NCBI GenBank assembly: GCA_905235505.1
Contig: CAJOMJ010000003.1
Coordinates: 104 to 64,103, forward strand
Length of the DNA: 64,000 nucleotides
Source: Paludibacteraceae bacterium
GTDB lineage: Bacteria; Bacteroidota; Bacteroidia; Bacteroidales; Paludibacteraceae
Reading direction: 5' to 3'
Below are positions 34,105-42,852 of this stretch, piece after piece (the first letter of the stretch is position 1; each line of letters opens with the position of its first letter). A program made the position numbers and the translations under genes. The notes beneath the pieces are model-generated. The model saw only the letters and a list, made by a program, of their open reading frames with translations. It had not been told where the DNA came from and ran no database searches.

Positions 34105-34133
34105 GTAGAGACGCAACTATGTCGCGTCTCTAC
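34105..34133. repeat. REP-like palindrome with GTAG/CTAC at both feet, 25 nt downstream of the GH3 gene
   Basis: gtagagacgcaactatgtcgcgtctctac. Confidence 0.75.
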
Positions 34134-34157
34134 GCCTACTTTTCTGCTCTCACGACC

Positions 34158-36422
34158 CTACAGACTCAGAGTCAGGGTCTTGACATTCTTGCTATCGGGG
34201 CCTACCATTATCTCAAACTCGCCTTCTGGTTTCACTGCTTTGCCCTCCTGATCATAGAATCCGAGGGTCTGCACGTCAAGCAGGAACTCCACAGTTTTGG
34301 TCTCACCGGCTGCAAGATGCAGGCGTTGCCACCCGCGCAGTTCCTGAACAGGGCGGGCAGGCATACTGACTTTGTCACGGATATAAAGTTGTACCACCTC
34401 ATCGGCATCCCGCGTACCTGTGTTAGTGACGGAGATGGAGACGGTCGGACAGGTTGGGGAGTTTTGCAAAACGGGGGAGGAATAGTGAAAGGTAGTGTAA
34501 CTGAGTCCGAAACCAAAGGGGAAGAGCGGTGATTTGGGCGAGTCGATATACGAAGACTGGTATTTAGAGAATGTATCCTTACCGTCTGCCAAGGGTCGGC
34601 TTGTGTTGAAACGGCGATAGGTCATAGGCATCTGCCCTACAGTACGGGGGAAAGCAGCAGGCAGTTTGCCTGAAGGGCAATAATCGCCAAAGAGCACATC
34701 CGCCACAGCATCGGCTGTTTCGCTTCCACCAAACCACACCTGCAGTATGGCAGGCAGATTCTCCGCTTCCCAGTTCAGCACGACAGGGCGACCAGAGAAA
34801 TTGAGAAGAACAACAGGTTTGCCGGTCTTCTTGAGTTCTACCAAGAGGTCGTGCTGGACATCGGGCATAGAGAGGTCGGTACGGCAGGCGCACTCGCCCG
34901 AATACTCCGACGACTCACCCATAGCAGCCACTATGACATCAGCCTTGCGGGCAACAGACAACGCCTCTTTGAGCATCTGCTCATCGCTGCGCGGGTCACG
35001 CATCTCACGACCGAACATAGTGGCATTAGCCTCAAGCACAGGGTCGGAAGTGAGGTTGCAGCCTTTGGCATAGAGCACAGTGCCTTTGCCTTCGACTGCA
35101 TCCTGCAAGCCCTCACGGAGGGTCTTGTAGCGCGAAGGAGTGGCAGCAACTGCCCAAGTGCCCGACATATTGGCGCGCGTGTCGGCAAGGGGTCCAATGA
35201 GGGCAATGGTGGAGTTCTTCTTCAACGGCAGGAGAGAGTTATCGTTTTTGAGGAGTACGAAAGTCTCACGAGCTATACGTCGTGCTTCGCCTCGCGACTG
35301 AGCGGTATATATGTTTTCTTCTCTGTTGCGGGAGCAGTAGCGGTAAGGGTCGTCGAACAACCCGAGACGGTACTTGGCTTCGAGAATGCGTCGGCATGCC
35401 TTATCTATATAGGGCAGCATATTCTTGTCGTCTTGAAGGAGGAAGAACGCTTCGGAGACCATATCCATGTCGAGCCCTGCCTGAAGTGCGAGCAGTGCCG
35501 CCTCGTGTTTGTCGGCTGCAACACCATGTTCTCGCAGTTCCTGCACAGCAGTATAGTCGGACACCACAAAGCCTTGGAAGTTCCACTCGTTGCGCAGGAT
35601 GTCGGTTAGCAACCATTTATTGCAGGTGGCAGGTATTCCTTCCACGGTATTGAAAGCAGCCATGACAGATGCTGCGCCAGCCTCGACTGCTGCACGGTAT
35701 GGCGGGAAATAGTCGTTGTACATGCGGTAGCGGCTCATCTCGGCGTTATTGTATTCAAGTCCGCCTTCCACTGCACCATAGAGGGCGAAATGCTTGACGC
35801 AGGACAAGATAGAGGTGCTGTCGGCGAGGTTGTCGGTCTGGTAGCCGCGAACCATGGCTGCCACCATCTTACTGCATAATAGGGGGTCTTCGCCGAAGCC
35901 TTCAGACATTCGTCCCCAACGAGCGTCACAACTGACATCCGCCATAGGGGAGAAAGTCCAGGAGATACCATCTGCCGATGCCTCCTGAGCAGACACCCGT
36001 GCCATGGTTTGTGCCGCCAATGTATCCCACGAGGAGGCGACAGCAAGAGGAATGGGGAAGACGGTTTCGTAGCCGTGAATCACATCCATACCGAAGAGCA
36101 GTGGTATGCCGAGACGACTCTCTTCAACGGCAATACGTTGCACCTCGCGTATAGACTCGACACCTTTGAGGTTGAATAGCCCTCCTACTCTACCCTCGCG
36201 TATCTGCTGAGCGATGTCGCTTGACTGCGCCTGACCTGTGACGATACTGCCGGTTACGGGCAGGTTCATCTGTCCGATTTTCTCCTCAAGAGTCATCTCA
36301 GACATAAGCGAGTCGATGAACCTGTTCATGGTCTGTTCGGCTGCGGGACGGGTGCATGAGAAGAAACAGAGGGCAAGAGAAGCAGGCAGAAACAAAGGCA
36401 GAATGCGGTTGAAGAGTTTCAT
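34158..36422 (-). CDS. Glycoside hydrolase family 3 beta-glucosidase (BglX-like)
   Basis: 754 aa with a signal peptide. GH3 motifs include GMDVIHG, GFVVSDY (nucleophile region) and a C-terminal Fn3-like domain. Confidence 0.85.
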   Translation of the reverse strand: MKLFNRILPLFLPASLALCFFSCTRPAAEQTMNRFIDSLMSEMTLEEKIGQMNLPVTGSIVTGQAQSSDIAQQIREGRVGGLFNLKGVESIREVQRIAVEESRLGIPLLFGMDVIHGYETVFPIPLAVASSWDTLAAQTMARVSAQEASADGISWTFSPMADVSCDARWGRMSEGFGEDPLLCSKMVAAMVRGYQTDNLADSTSILSCVKHFALYGAVEGGLEYNNAEMSRYRMYNDYFPPYRAAVEAGAASVMAAFNTVEGIPATCNKWLLTDILRNEWNFQGFVVSDYTAVQELREHGVAADKHEAALLALQAGLDMDMVSEAFFLLQDDKNMLPYIDKACRRILEAKYRLGLFDDPYRYCSRNREENIYTAQSRGEARRIARETFVLLKNDNSLLPLKKNSTIALIGPLADTRANMSGTWAVAATPSRYKTLREGLQDAVEGKGTVLYAKGCNLTSDPVLEANATMFGREMRDPRSDEQMLKEALSVARKADVIVAAMGESSEYSGECACRTDLSMPDVQHDLLVELKKTGKPVVLLNFSGRPVVLNWEAENLPAILQVWFGGSETADAVADVLFGDYCPSGKLPAAFPRTVGQMPMTYRRFNTSRPLADGKDTFSKYQSSYIDSPKSPLFPFGFGLSYTTFHYSSPVLQNSPTCPTVSISVTNTGTRDADEVVQLYIRDKVSMPARPVQELRGWQRLHLAAGETKTVEFLLDVQTLGFYDQEGKAVKPEGEFEIMVGPDSKNVKTLTLSL

Positions 36423-36435
36423 AAAAGACAGAAGT

Positions 36436-37122
36436 TTAGAGGAGATTTATAAGATTGAGTATATTGTCAGTGCGATATGTAGAAGGACGGGGGTCAGAGA
36501 GGTCGGCAGTAATCCACAGCTGGTCGATGCCGGCATTGATTGCCCCTTGGATATCCGAGTTGTAGCTGTCGCCTATCATAAGTACCTGTTCAGCAGGCAG
36601 GCGGTTCAACTCCAAGGCCTTCTCATAGATGACAGGGTTAGGCTTCTGCGCCCCCACCTCTTCGGAGAGGACAATGTATCGGAAGCAACTCTGCAGACCT
36701 GAGAGTTCTATTTTCTTATATTGCACCTCAATGAAGCCATTGCTGACTATGGTGAGCGGGTATTTCCGGGCAAGATACCTGACTACCCTGTCGGCATTGG
36801 GAAGGAGAGAGAAATGCCTGGTAGTAAGACGGAGAAAATCGGCGCCCATAGTCTTGGCTAACTGTTCACTATCGGGCAAAGACTCTACAGGATGGTGAAA
36901 GCGCCGGAAAGCAAGCTCTTCTTTTGTTATCTCACTGCGTCCGTACAACTCCCAAAGGCTGATATTGTACGGGTGGTAGCAGTTGAAGAAATCGTCGAAA
37001 GAGGGGAACAGAGAGTCAAGATGATAGATATTGTACAAGTCGGTCAGTGCCTGCCGCTCAGCATGGCGGAAATTGCCTATGGTGTCGTCCCAATCGAGGA
37101 ATATGGCTTTATAGGTCTTCAT
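36436..37122 (-). CDS. HAD-superfamily hydrolase (YjjG-like nucleotidase subfamily)
   Basis: 228 aa with HAD motif I FLDWDDT, motif III KP and motif IV GDSYNSDIQG. Confidence 0.7.
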   Translation of the reverse strand: MKTYKAIFLDWDDTIGNFRHAERQALTDLYNIYHLDSLFPSFDDFFNCYHPYNISLWELYGRSEITKEELAFRRFHHPVESLPDSEQLAKTMGADFLRLTTRHFSLLPNADRVVRYLARKYPLTIVSNGFIEVQYKKIELSGLQSCFRYIVLSEEVGAQKPNPVIYEKALELNRLPAEQVLMIGDSYNSDIQGAINAGIDQLWITADLSDPRPSTYRTDNILNLINLL

Positions 37123-37784
37123 TGCTTTCCTGCTATGCAGATGACTATCTCACCTTTGGGCGGGTTCTGACGGAAATGTCCGGCAAGTTCAGCCAATGTG
37201 CCGCGCACGGTCTCTTCGTGTATCTTGCTTATCTCACGACTGACAGATGCCTGCCGTTCCGAGCCAAGATATTCGGAGAGTTGCTCCAAGGTCTTTTGCA
37301 GGCGGAAAGGGGACTCATAGATGATGATGGTATGCTCCAATTCGGCGAGTTGTTTGAGCCGTGTCTGCCTGCCTTTCTTCTGCGGGAGGAATCCCTCAAA
37401 GAAGAAGCGGTCGTTAGGCAGGGCGGAGTCAACCAAAGCGGGTACGAAAGCGGTAGCACCGGGGAGACATTGCACCTCGACACCTGCGCTGACTGCTTCT
37501 CTGACGAGGAAGAAACCAGGGTCGGAGATAGCGGGTGTGCCGGCATCGGAAACAAGGGCTATATCAGAGCCTGCAAGCAGTTGTTGCACTATCTGTGCAG
37601 AAGTACCATGCTCGTTGAATTTATGGTGAGAGCGCAGCGGAGTGTGAATATCAAAATGCTTGAGCAGGACACTACTTGTGCGGGTATCTTCAGCGAGAAT
37701 GAGGTCAACCTGTTTGAGGACATTGATTGCCCTGAAGGTCATGTCATCGAGGTTGCCGACCGGTGTAGGTACGATATAGAGCAT
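37119..37784 (-). CDS. rsmI: 16S rRNA (cytidine1402-2'-O)-methyltransferase RsmI
   Basis: 221 aa. N-terminal LYIVPTPVGNLDDMT and EDTR motif typical of RsmI. Confidence 0.85.
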   Translation of the reverse strand: MLYIVPTPVGNLDDMTFRAINVLKQVDLILAEDTRTSSVLLKHFDIHTPLRSHHKFNEHGTSAQIVQQLLAGSDIALVSDAGTPAISDPGFFLVREAVSAGVEVQCLPGATAFVPALVDSALPNDRFFFEGFLPQKKGRQTRLKQLAELEHTIIIYESPFRLQKTLEQLSEYLGSERQASVSREISKIHEETVRGTLAELAGHFRQNPPKGEIVICIAGKQ

Positions 37785-38500
37785 CAGAAACGGCGCTTCA
37801 ACAGGTTAACGAACAACTGGTAAGACTGACTTTCGGTATCCCATTTGAAGTGTTTATCAGTATATTGCAATGCTTCTTCCAAAGTGGAGCAGCCGTTGAG
37901 GCGGTCAATGGTCTTGTTCATCTTCTCGCCATCTCCTGCAAAGAGTTCACGCTGGAAGAGGAACCGGTCGCCGAGCGACATACCTTTGCGAATGTCATCA
38001 ATAGGTGGCAGCGAGACTGAAGGTTGCTTTGCTGCAGGGTCTGCGGCAGGTTTGGGTGCAGGTTCTGCAACAGGTTCTGCAACGGGGGCGGGTTTCTCTG
38101 CCGGTTTGGGGGCAGGTTCGGGCTCCTGCGGGGTCTCGGGTTCTATTGCGGGCTGTTCCTCTACTATGGGTTCGGGAGCAGGTTCGGCTACGGGTTCGGG
38201 TTCCTTCTCGAGTTCCTGAAGGATTACTTCTTCTACCGAGTCCTCAACCTCAAGTTCCTCATCGGTAAGCAGACCGTCGTAGTCGGTATTGAAATCGTCA
38301 ACATAGAACTCGACCTCGACTTCGGGTTGTTCATCTTCGGGCAGGGGGTTATGTTCCGGAACCGATGACGAGAGCATACACTCGGCTTCGAGTGAGCCAA
38401 GTGTAGTCTGTATTTCGTCAATACGGTTTTGAATAAGCAGGGTCTGGTTGCGCAGGTTTTCCAGTTCCTGACGCAGGGAATCAATCAGTAGTTGTTCCAT
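37784..38500 (-). CDS. Hypothetical protein: coiled-coil N-terminus, acidic region, long Pro/Glu/Ala-rich linker and a small conserved C-terminal domain
   Basis: 238 aa from the ATG at 38500; the tracked start at 38524 is a GTG. The linker reads PEPVAEPAPEPIVEEQPAIEPETPQEPEPAPKPAEKPAPVAEPVAEPAPKPAADPAAKQ. Confidence 0.5.
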   Translation of the reverse strand: MEQLLIDSLRQELENLRNQTLLIQNRIDEIQTTLGSLEAECMLSSSVPEHNPLPEDEQPEVEVEFYVDDFNTDYDGLLTDEELEVEDSVEEVILQELEKEPEPVAEPAPEPIVEEQPAIEPETPQEPEPAPKPAEKPAPVAEPVAEPAPKPAADPAAKQPSVSLPPIDDIRKGMSLGDRFLFQRELFAGDGEKMNKTIDRLNGCSTLEEALQYTDKHFKWDTESQSYQLFVNLLKRRF

Positions 38501-38541
38501 AGTACAATATGTTGAGAGTTGCACATATTATATAGCTTGTA

Positions 38542-40071
38542 TTACTTAGTAGCATCTTCGAGTTTGCCCATCATAGAGAACATGAAGATTGCAGAGATGA
38601 GGCAGAGTGCAACGAAGACAGACCAAACAGCCCAGAGAGGCAGGCTACCCCAGAGGAAACCACCGACAGAAACGAGGAAGTTACCGGCAGCAGTAGCGAC
38701 GAACCATCCACCCATCATCATACCTTTGTATTTAGGAGGAGCCACTTTTGAGACGAAGGATATACCCATAGGACTAAGCAGCAACTCGCCGAAGGTGAGT
38801 ATAAGATAGGTGCCGATAAGCAGGTTGGCACTTACATAAGTGGGGTCACCACCCTCTTCAAGCACTAACATCTGTTGTTCGGGAGTGTTAAGACCGATAC
38901 AACCGAGAGCCATCACCATATAAGCGAGAGCAGCGACAAGCATACCATACGCTATCTTGCGGGGAGCGGAAGGTTCCTTGCCTTTCTTTGCCATGGCCCC
39001 AAAGATTGCCATTGAGAAAGGAGTGAGGGCGACTACATAGAAGGGGTTGAACTGCTGGAAGATAGGAGCAGAGAGATTGACTCCGTCGGGGTCAATCTTA
39101 GTGTATTTCCATGCGAGCACGCCCAATGCAGCCAATATGACTGCGCCTGCTATAGACTTGCCTTTCGCAGACTTGGACTGGAAGAGTGCGAAGCCGGCAT
39201 AGACAATGAATACAATCATGAGCAGGTTGACAATACTGAATGCCATAGACTGTATGCCAGTAGATACGGGGTTGGTGAACTCGTTGGCGAAGTAGGTGAG
39301 AGTGAGTCCGTTCTGATGGAAAGCCATCCAGAAGAAGATGACTACAGCGAAGACGAGACAGAGGGCAATGATACGCTTCTTGGTCTGTTCAGGCGACAGT
39401 TCTTCGACTGCCTGTCCGGAAGCAGCGGCCTGCTTGGCGGTGTTCTCCACATGCTTGAACCAAGGGCGGCAAGCATAATAGATAATGATGGAGAAGACGA
39501 GCGAAGCGCAAGCCACCATGAAAGCGAAGTGATAGGAGTCGTTCACCGACTGCCCGAACGAGTTCTGCGCCCATGCCATAATCTTCACAGCGGCGGTAGG
39601 AGCGAACATAGCGCCGATATTGATAGCCATATAAAATATAGAGAAGGCAGCATCACGCTTGTCTGCATACTTGGTGTCGTCGTAGAGATTACCGACCATC
39701 ACCTGCAGGTTGCCCTTGAAGAGGCCTGTACCAAAGGATATAAGCACAAGAGCGGCAATCATAGCGGACATAGCCACAGGTCCGCCTCCGAGCGGTATGG
39801 CGAGAAGCAGATAGCCGATGAACATGATGATGATACCGATGGTGACGCATCGTCCGTAGCCTATCTTGTCGGCAATGATACCACCGACGAGCGGGAGGAA
39901 ATAGACAAGAGCAAGGAAAGAGGAGTAGATGGCTCCTGCGGCACCGGGTTCAAGTCCGAAATTGGCACGGAGGAAGAGTGCAAACACGGCCAGCATAGTG
40001 TAGTAGCCGAAGCGTTCGCCGGTGTTGGCGAGAGCAAGAGCATAGAGCCCTTTGGGTTGATTTTCAAACAT
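38542..40071 (-). CDS. Proton-dependent oligopeptide transporter (POT/PTR2 family MFS)
   Basis: 509 aa with about 14 TM helices. PTR2 signature region GERFGYYTMLAVFALFL and GGIIADKIGYGR. Confidence 0.8.
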   Translation of the reverse strand: MFENQPKGLYALALANTGERFGYYTMLAVFALFLRANFGLEPGAAGAIYSSFLALVYFLPLVGGIIADKIGYGRCVTIGIIIMFIGYLLLAIPLGGGPVAMSAMIAALVLISFGTGLFKGNLQVMVGNLYDDTKYADKRDAAFSIFYMAINIGAMFAPTAAVKIMAWAQNSFGQSVNDSYHFAFMVACASLVFSIIIYYACRPWFKHVENTAKQAAASGQAVEELSPEQTKKRIIALCLVFAVVIFFWMAFHQNGLTLTYFANEFTNPVSTGIQSMAFSIVNLLMIVFIVYAGFALFQSKSAKGKSIAGAVILAALGVLAWKYTKIDPDGVNLSAPIFQQFNPFYVVALTPFSMAIFGAMAKKGKEPSAPRKIAYGMLVAALAYMVMALGCIGLNTPEQQMLVLEEGGDPTYVSANLLIGTYLILTFGELLLSPMGISFVSKVAPPKYKGMMMGGWFVATAAGNFLVSVGGFLWGSLPLWAVWSVFVALCLISAIFMFSMMGKLEDATK

Positions 40072-40138
40072 ATAATTGAGTATTTAAAAGTTTTCAGCAG
40101 TAATAAATCGGTTTAAATATAACGCACAAATTGCAGCG

Positions 40139-40146
40139 CAAAGGTA
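40139..40146 (-). promoter_or_regulatory. -7 box (TAccTTTG on the minus strand) for the POT transporter
   Basis: The plus strand reads caaaggta, 68 nt upstream of the start at 40071. Confidence 0.5.
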
Positions 40147-40178
40147 CACAAATCTTTTCATATATACAAAAAAAGTAG

Positions 40179-40186
40179 TACCTTTG
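40179..40186 (+). promoter_or_regulatory. -7 box (TAccTTTG) for the 40213 gene
   Basis: TAnnTTTG match 27 nt upstream of the ATG. Confidence 0.5.
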
Positions 40187-40212
40187 CGGGCAAAATATCA
40201 ATAAAGCGAGAT

Positions 40213-41250
40213 ATGAGAAAGTCAATTATGATATATATATTCATGATTTTTGCGCTGGAAATCAGTGCAGGAGACATGTCAGGAATAAGACGGCTGAGCA
40301 TAGATCCGTCCGCCTATTCAGACGAGCCAAAGGAGATATCGGAGGTAAGTGAGAAGGGTAAAAAACTTAGATACAAACCGTTTGGCAGCACCATGTATGA
40401 TATCATAATCTACACGGAGAGCGGCGCGGCGGTATGGTTGAATCTGTACACAAAGAAGGTATTTCCGACAGGCACCTTCCCTATCAACGACGATCATATC
40501 GAGAACACTATACTTGCGTCGGTGGGCAACTATCAGCCATCATTCTATCAGACGACAAAGAATTACTGGTATCTGAGGAGCGGTGAGGTAAGTATCGGCA
40601 AGAAAGGAAGCAACTGGGTGTTTGAGATAGAGGCATATACATACAACGGTTCGCATATAGTGGTGGAATATGAGGGAGGTGCAGAATATATCGGTCCGTA
40701 TATCTCTGAGCCTCAGTTCAGTTACGATGCAGAGCCGGAGGAGAAGGCAAGTTTGAGATACATCTTCAGCAAGTGCAACTATGATTCTCACAACGGCATT
40801 CTGGGCATAGACATGCAGAACGACACCACGCAGATGTACATTGAGATGGTGACGGCAGAGGAGGAACCTCCTTCGGGGACTTATTATATCACCACAGACT
40901 CGGTGCCGGGTACATTGATAGCCTCGCCAGGGGGCACGGAGACGGCTGACTATGGCACTTTCCTCGCCATGTTCGACAAAGATGAGAATTGGTTATGCAG
41001 TTACTACATAGTAAGCGGCACATTGTTAGTGAGTCGTGAGAAGGGCATACTGACCATGTCGTTTGCAGGCATAAGCAAGAACGGTTCGGACGTGACTATC
41101 AGTTACTCATCGCCCATAACTGACGGCATAGAGCATCAGAGAGAGTCTGGGAGGGGCGACGGCAAACGCTACAACCTGCTCGGGCAGGAGGTTGACAGCC
41201 TGTACAAAGGAATAATTATCGAGAACGGGGAGAAACGGGTAAACAGGTAA
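40213..41250 (+). CDS. Hypothetical secreted protein with an internal domain duplication
   Basis: 345 aa with a signal peptide. Two homologous ~110-aa halves (GTFPINDDH...IVVEYEG and GTYYITTDS...VTISYS). The C-terminus is GKRYNLLGQEVDSLYKGIIIENGEKRVNR. Confidence 0.5.
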   Translation: MRKSIMIYIFMIFALEISAGDMSGIRRLSIDPSAYSDEPKEISEVSEKGKKLRYKPFGSTMYDIIIYTESGAAVWLNLYTKKVFPTGTFPINDDHIENTILASVGNYQPSFYQTTKNYWYLRSGEVSIGKKGSNWVFEIEAYTYNGSHIVVEYEGGAEYIGPYISEPQFSYDAEPEEKASLRYIFSKCNYDSHNGILGIDMQNDTTQMYIEMVTAEEEPPSGTYYITTDSVPGTLIASPGGTETADYGTFLAMFDKDENWLCSYYIVSGTLLVSREKGILTMSFAGISKNGSDVTISYSSPITDGIEHQRESGRGDGKRYNLLGQEVDSLYKGIIIENGEKRVNR

Positions 41251-41314
41251 GGTGAAGACGAATCAGCCTTCAGACTATTTTGCGTTTACGAATTATTGTT
41301 GTCTTTTGGGGAGT

Positions 41315-42322
41315 TTAATACACTCTGCACCAACCGTGGTTGTCGTCTGCCCTGCCGTATTGAATATCTTGCAGGGCATTATATAGCATTTTGCTCACCT
41401 GACCGGGTTCGTCTCCGAACTCATAGATTTTACCATTGTCGGGGTCAATCACACGAGAGATAGGCGAGATAACAGCCGCAGTGCCACATGCGCCGCACTC
41501 GGTCATGTCTGCAAGTTCTTCGAGGAGCACTTTGCGCTGCTCTACTTCTATACCATTGTCGCGTGCAAGTTGCATAAGCGAGTTGTTGGTTATACTTGGA
41601 AGGATAGAGGTAGAAGCAGGAGTGATGTACTTACCGTGTTTTATTCCGAAGAAATTGGCGGCACCACATTCGTCGATATACTTACGCTCGACGGAGTCGA
41701 GGAAGAGGCAGGAGAGCCCTTGCGCATGAGCAGCTTCAGTGCCACGGAAAGAGGCAGCATAGTTGCCACCTACCTTGAACTGCCCTGTACCAAAGGGGGC
41801 GGCACGGTCAACGCGGCGATTGACAATGAAAGGTGTACCATGAAATCCTACAGGGTAGTAAGGGCCGATAGGAGAAGGAATGACGGCGAAGAGGAAATCT
41901 CTGCCCGGACCTACACCGAGGCGCGGGGTGATGCCGATAAGCAGCGGGCGGAAATAGAGGGTAGCACCGGTGTCGTACGGGGGCAAGTAATCGAGATTAT
42001 TTTCAAGGGCTAAAAGGATGCAACGGCAGAAGAGGTCTTCGGGTACGGGAGCCATACAAAGTCCTTCAGCAGAGCGCGCCATACGGCGGGCATTCTCTTC
42101 CATGCGGAAGATACGAATCTTACCGTCAGCGCCACGGAAAGCCTTGAGTCCTTCGAAAGCCTCCTGCCCGTATTGCAGGCATGTGGCGGAGAGATGGAGG
42201 GTGATGGTTTTGTCAGAAGTAACAACAGGTTCGCCCCACTTGCCGTCATGATACTCACAACGGACGATATAATCAGTTTCGGTATAATGGAACCCGAGTT
42301 GTTTCCAGTTGATTTGTTTCAT
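41315..42322 (-). CDS. ilvE: Branched-chain amino acid aminotransferase
   Basis: 335 aa, class IV aminotransferase. Contains the EGLKAFR lysine region and GTGQFKVGGNYA. Confidence 0.85.
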   Translation of the reverse strand: MKQINWKQLGFHYTETDYIVRCEYHDGKWGEPVVTSDKTITLHLSATCLQYGQEAFEGLKAFRGADGKIRIFRMEENARRMARSAEGLCMAPVPEDLFCRCILLALENNLDYLPPYDTGATLYFRPLLIGITPRLGVGPGRDFLFAVIPSPIGPYYPVGFHGTPFIVNRRVDRAAPFGTGQFKVGGNYAASFRGTEAAHAQGLSCLFLDSVERKYIDECGAANFFGIKHGKYITPASTSILPSITNNSLMQLARDNGIEVEQRKVLLEELADMTECGACGTAAVISPISRVIDPDNGKIYEFGDEPGQVSKMLYNALQDIQYGRADDNHGWCRVY

Positions 42323-42324
42323 AT

Positions 42325-42852
42325 TCAGATTTGTTGCAGATATAAGGTTGTTTGCGGACCATATTGCATCAGCAGGTCGAGAATGCTGCTACCGTCGCCC
42401 CAGAACTGCTCAAGGTCATGCTGCTGCCAGTCGGCAGTGGCGGGCAGAGTCTGCGTTTGTTGAGGTCTTTGGTTCTGCATCAGACTCCATACCACACTAT
42501 GGCAGGCATCATTAAGGTCTTTCAAATACTTGAACCGGTTGTCGTAAAGGGGCATGATATAATCCTGATAGTAATCGAAGTAGGGTGTGCGCTTGTATGC
42601 GGACAACAAGGCTATTTTGTGCTGGTGCTGCCAGTGCTGCTGATAACTTATCTGAATGTCACGCGTCAGTTGTTTGCTTTCAACATGGCAGACAGGAACA
42701 GAGAGCGTGACAGGTCCGTCGGGCGACATGATGGTGCAACGATTGCGGTAAGTCTGCTTCGGGAAACTCTCACAAACCTCTATTTGGCAAGGTTCGTTCA
42801 CGAAGACCTTATACCAGCGGGCAGGGGCGAAATATGCTGTAGGAAGAATCAT
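42325..42852 (-). CDS. WbqC-family protein
   Basis: 175 aa from the ATG at 42852 (MILPTAYFAP). Contains the FPKQTYRNRC motif. Its ATG overlaps the lepB stop as ATGA. Confidence 0.65.
   Translation of the reverse strand: MILPTAYFAPARWYKVFVNEPCQIEVCESFPKQTYRNRCTIMSPDGPVTLSVPVCHVESKQLTRDIQISYQQHWQHQHKIALLSAYKRTPYFDYYQDYIMPLYDNRFKYLKDLNDACHSVVWSLMQNQRPQQTQTLPATADWQQHDLEQFWGDGSSILDLLMQYGPQTTLYLQQI

Noticed and set aside
38-34133. RNA-level selection on the REP-like hairpins, inferred from GU-compatible substitutions
   Set aside because: Beyond the one conserved T:G position, variable stem positions are GU-compatible on one strand in 6 cases and on the other in 4, and two copies are not independent. 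The asymmetry is too weak to claim.
37845-38368. Three overlapping Gly/Ser/Ala-rich plus-strand ORFs (124, 87 and 114 aa)
   Set aside because: They are antisense shadows of the Pro/Glu/Ala-rich linker of the minus-strand gene at 37784-38500.
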